Part shown: in pieces, positions 61,749 through 64,000 of the stretch
How positions within the stretch are numbered: the first letter of the stretch is position 1
How the letters are laid out: every line of letters begins with the position of its first letter
From: an uncultured Acidobacteriota bacterium
GTDB lineage: Bacteria > Acidobacteriota > Vicinamibacteria > Vicinamibacterales > CAVVIG01
Assembly (NCBI GenBank): GCA_963720005.1
Contig: CAVREM010000042.1
Span: 307,918 to 371,917, forward strand
Reading direction: 5' to 3'
Length of the DNA stretch: 64,000 bases
Notes under the pieces: generated by a model
What the model was told of the DNA's origin: nothing
What the model saw: only the letters and a program-made list of their open reading frames with translations
Databases searched by the model: none
Program-made: the position numbers and the translations under genes

Positions 61749-62741
61749 CTAGAAGATCGCGAGCGGATTCAGCGGCGAGCCGGTGCCGCCCGGAACTCTC
61801 AATGGCGCGCCGACGAACATGAAGGTCCAGCGGTTGCGCGTCCGAGCAGCGCGTGCGACTGCGTCGAGGTCCAGGTTGTCGAGTATCGGCATGCCAAGTC
61901 CCACCAGCACGAGCTCGTGCAGCGGATTGATCAGCCCCTCCACGCCGGAGGGCATGACGTCGCTCACGCCGTCGGAACCGATCACGGCCACGTCTCGCGC
62001 CTTGAGCCACAGGGCGACCGACGCATGCGAACCGGCCCCTTCCGAGATGAAGTTCCACGATCCCTTCTGACGGACGCGCTCCCATCGGCCTGTCCGGATG
62101 AGCAGCACGTCGCCGCTCCCCACCTTCACACCCGTCTTCGCTTCCCACGCCTCGAGGTCCTTGCTCGTGAGGGCAGTCCCCGGCTCGAGGAAGTCCACGC
62201 CGCGCAGCCACGGCATGTCGACCAGGACGCCGCGCGTGACGATGCCCTCCTTCATGTTCTGAATGCCGAGCTTGCGGGCTCCGTTCGCTTGCGCGTCCTC
62301 GTACGCGAACCCGTTGTAGAACTTTCCCTTGTGGGCGAAGTGCGGAAGCCCGTCGACATGCGAGTGCGCAAAGCCGTGATACTGGACCGAATAGCGGTCG
62401 CCCGCCACCTGTTGTTCACCCAACTTGCTGAGCGAGAGCTGATGCTCGAACGGGCTGCCGTTATTTGCATCGCGCTCCTTGTTGAGGTCCAGCGCGAGCG
62501 ACACAGACACGCCATCTCGAACCAGCGCGGCGGCAGCCTTGCGCTTCTCGGGCGTGATCAGGTTGAGGGTCCCCAGTTCGTCTTCCTTTCCCCAGCGCCC
62601 CCAATTGGAGATCTGCTGCATCCAGGCGTCGAACTGCTGGCGCGTGACAGCCTGCGCTCGCTGAGCGGCCGGCGCGGCGCCGGCCGCCAGCGTCGTGAGA
62701 AGGAGAGTGGCGGTCAGCAGTCTTTGCCTCGGTGCGCGCAT
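61749..62741 (-). CDS. Secreted cyclase-family protein (kynurenine-formamidase-like fold)
   Basis: Intact ORF with AAGGAG before the ATG and the signal peptide MRAPRQRLLTATLLLTTLAAGAAPA. HGFAHSHVDGLPHF, GVLVDMPW and GDVLLIRTGRW are present. Confidence 0.7.
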   Translation of the reverse strand: MRAPRQRLLTATLLLTTLAAGAAPAAQRAQAVTRQQFDAWMQQISNWGRWGKEDELGTLNLITPEKRKAAAALVRDGVSVSLALDLNKERDANNGSPFEHQLSLSKLGEQQVAGDRYSVQYHGFAHSHVDGLPHFAHKGKFYNGFAYEDAQANGARKLGIQNMKEGIVTRGVLVDMPWLRGVDFLEPGTALTSKDLEAWEAKTGVKVGSGDVLLIRTGRWERVRQKGSWNFISEGAGSHASVALWLKARDVAVIGSDGVSDVMPSGVEGLINPLHELVLVGLGMPILDNLDLDAVARAARTRNRWTFMFVGAPLRVPGGTGSPLNPLAIF

Positions 62742-62832
62742 GTGCGGTCTCCTTAAGTGTTGCGCCCAGTCGTAAAACCGTCGGCAGCAGCCGGATCATG
62801 CGCCAAGGCGTGGGAACTCGCAAGGTTAACGG

Positions 62833-62928
62833 GAATTTAAGATTTCAGATTTAAGATTTAAGATTGGCGTGCCGGACTGGGCCGCCAGTCGCGCCGTCAC
62901 CAATCTGAAATCTGTAAATCTGAAATTC
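62833..62928. repeat. AT-rich AGATTTM-word hairpin element, copy D
   Basis: The arm gaatttaagatttcagatttaagatttaagattgg is followed by the core cgtgccggactgggccgccagtcgcgccgtca, then the arm ccaatctgaaatctgtaaatctgaaattc. Confidence 0.9.
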
Positions 62929-62937
62929 CATCTCGAA

Positions 62938-64000
62938 ATGCTTCCTCGGTTGCTAGGGCGACGTGCGCTTCTCGGAATCGTAATCATCTGTGCCGCGGTC
63001 GCTGGACTTGCGGGCGGAGGAGCCGGCGATTGATGGTCGCAAGCAGGCGCGCGCCGCGCGCCTCGCGGCGTGGATCGATTCGGCTCGACGGCCGGCTGGA
63101 CGAGGAAGCGTGGCAATCAGGCCGCGCCGATCACCGAGTTCGTGCAGGCCGAGCCGATCGAAGGGAGCGCCTCCGACCGATGCGATGGAGGTGCGCTTCC
63201 TGTTCGACGACAGCGCGCTCTGGGTCGGCGCGCGAATGCGCAGCGGTCCGGGCGTCGCCGATCCAGGCGCCGATGAGCCGCCGCGACGACGGCGTCGCAG
63301 GCCGAGTACCTGCAGATCGAGCTCGACACCTACCTCGATCGCCGCACCGCGTACATGTTCGGCGTCACCGCCTCCGGCGTCCGGCTCGATCACTACCATC
63401 CGACCGACAACGAAGACGACACCGACGCGCAGTTCGATCCGGTCTGGGAAGCGCGGACCCACGTCGACGCCGACGGCTGGACCGCGGAACTGTGGGTGCC
63501 GTTCTCGCAGCTGCGCTTCAACGACCAGCCGCGAGCGCGTCTGGGGCCTGAACGTCAAGCGGTGGCGTCCGCAGCTGAACGAGGAGGACTACTGGGTGGT
63601 CGTCGGCCGCACCGAGCGCGGCTGGGCGTCGCGGTTCGGCGAGCTGCGCGGCATCGACGGCGTGCCGCAGACGACACCGCCTCGAGGTGCTGCCTTACGT
63701 CTCGGCTTCGTCGCGGATGACCGGCAACCGCGATCCGCAACAACCCGTTCGACGACGGCGCTGAACCTGGGCGGACGCGTCGGCGCCGACATGAAGGTCG
63801 GCATCGGATCGAACCTGACGCTCGAGGCGACGATCAACCCCGACTTCGGCCAGATCGAAGCCGACCCGGCCGAAGTGAACCTGACGGTGTTCGAAACGAT
63901 CTTCGACGAGCGGCGGCCGTTCTTCATCGAAGGCAACAGCGTGCTCGAGGCGGGGACGTCGCAACTTCTACTACTCGCGCCGCATCGGCGCGCGGCCGAC
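62938..64000 (+). CDS. Secreted carbohydrate-binding-family-9 / DUF5916-like protein, 5' part (runs off the right edge), 6 or more frame breaks
   Basis: ATG 62938 gives MLPRLLGRRALLGIVIICAAVAGLAGG. Pieces in all frames include IRLDGRLDEEAWQ, APITEFVQAEPIEGSASD, YLQIELDTYLDRRTAYMFGVTASGVRLDHYHPTDNEDDTDAQFDPVWEARTHVDADGWTAELWVPFSQLRF, and GADMKVGIGSNLTLEATINPDFGQIEADPAEVNLTVFETIFDERRPFFIEG. Confidence 0.65.

Overview
This is a 64-kb, high-GC (about two-thirds G+C by eye) bacterial chromosomal segment. The gene content includes two PadR + duplicated FtsX-type 'ADOP' permease pairs, a DUF3999/DUF2339-like envelope pair and many secreted repeat proteins. That content suggests Acidobacteriota, but this is inference only. 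Most genes are housekeeping: ubiE, a tonB-like gene, miaA, deoB, dgt-like, yceD-rpmF-plsX-fabD-fabG-acpP-fabF, etfB-etfA plus a membrane Fe-S oxidoreductase, leuS-lptE-holA, rpsT, recX-alaS, pilT, a Ser/Thr kinase, ilvE and rsmE. I saw no rRNA, tRNA, CRISPR array, transposase or integrase. Three things stand out. (1) The intergenic DNA is unusually structured. At 15 or more sites it is built from tandem 7-8-nt 'words' followed by their reverse complement, giving long imperfect hairpins. Different sites use different words, including an AT-rich AGATTTM family that brackets acpP-fabF. There is also a 686-bp block of three adjacent hairpin-containing tandem arrays between rpsT and padR, plus REP-like GC hairpins. 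(2) Two families of uncharacterised, translationally coupled gene pairs are present (DUF3999-like/DUF2339-like, and PadR/ADOP twice). (3) About 45-50 reading-frame breaks occur in clusters and hit essential genes such as alaS and fabF, while stretches of 9-16 kb are clean. I read this as patchy consensus error, not pseudogenisation. All family calls come from reading the translations by eye; no database search was run.
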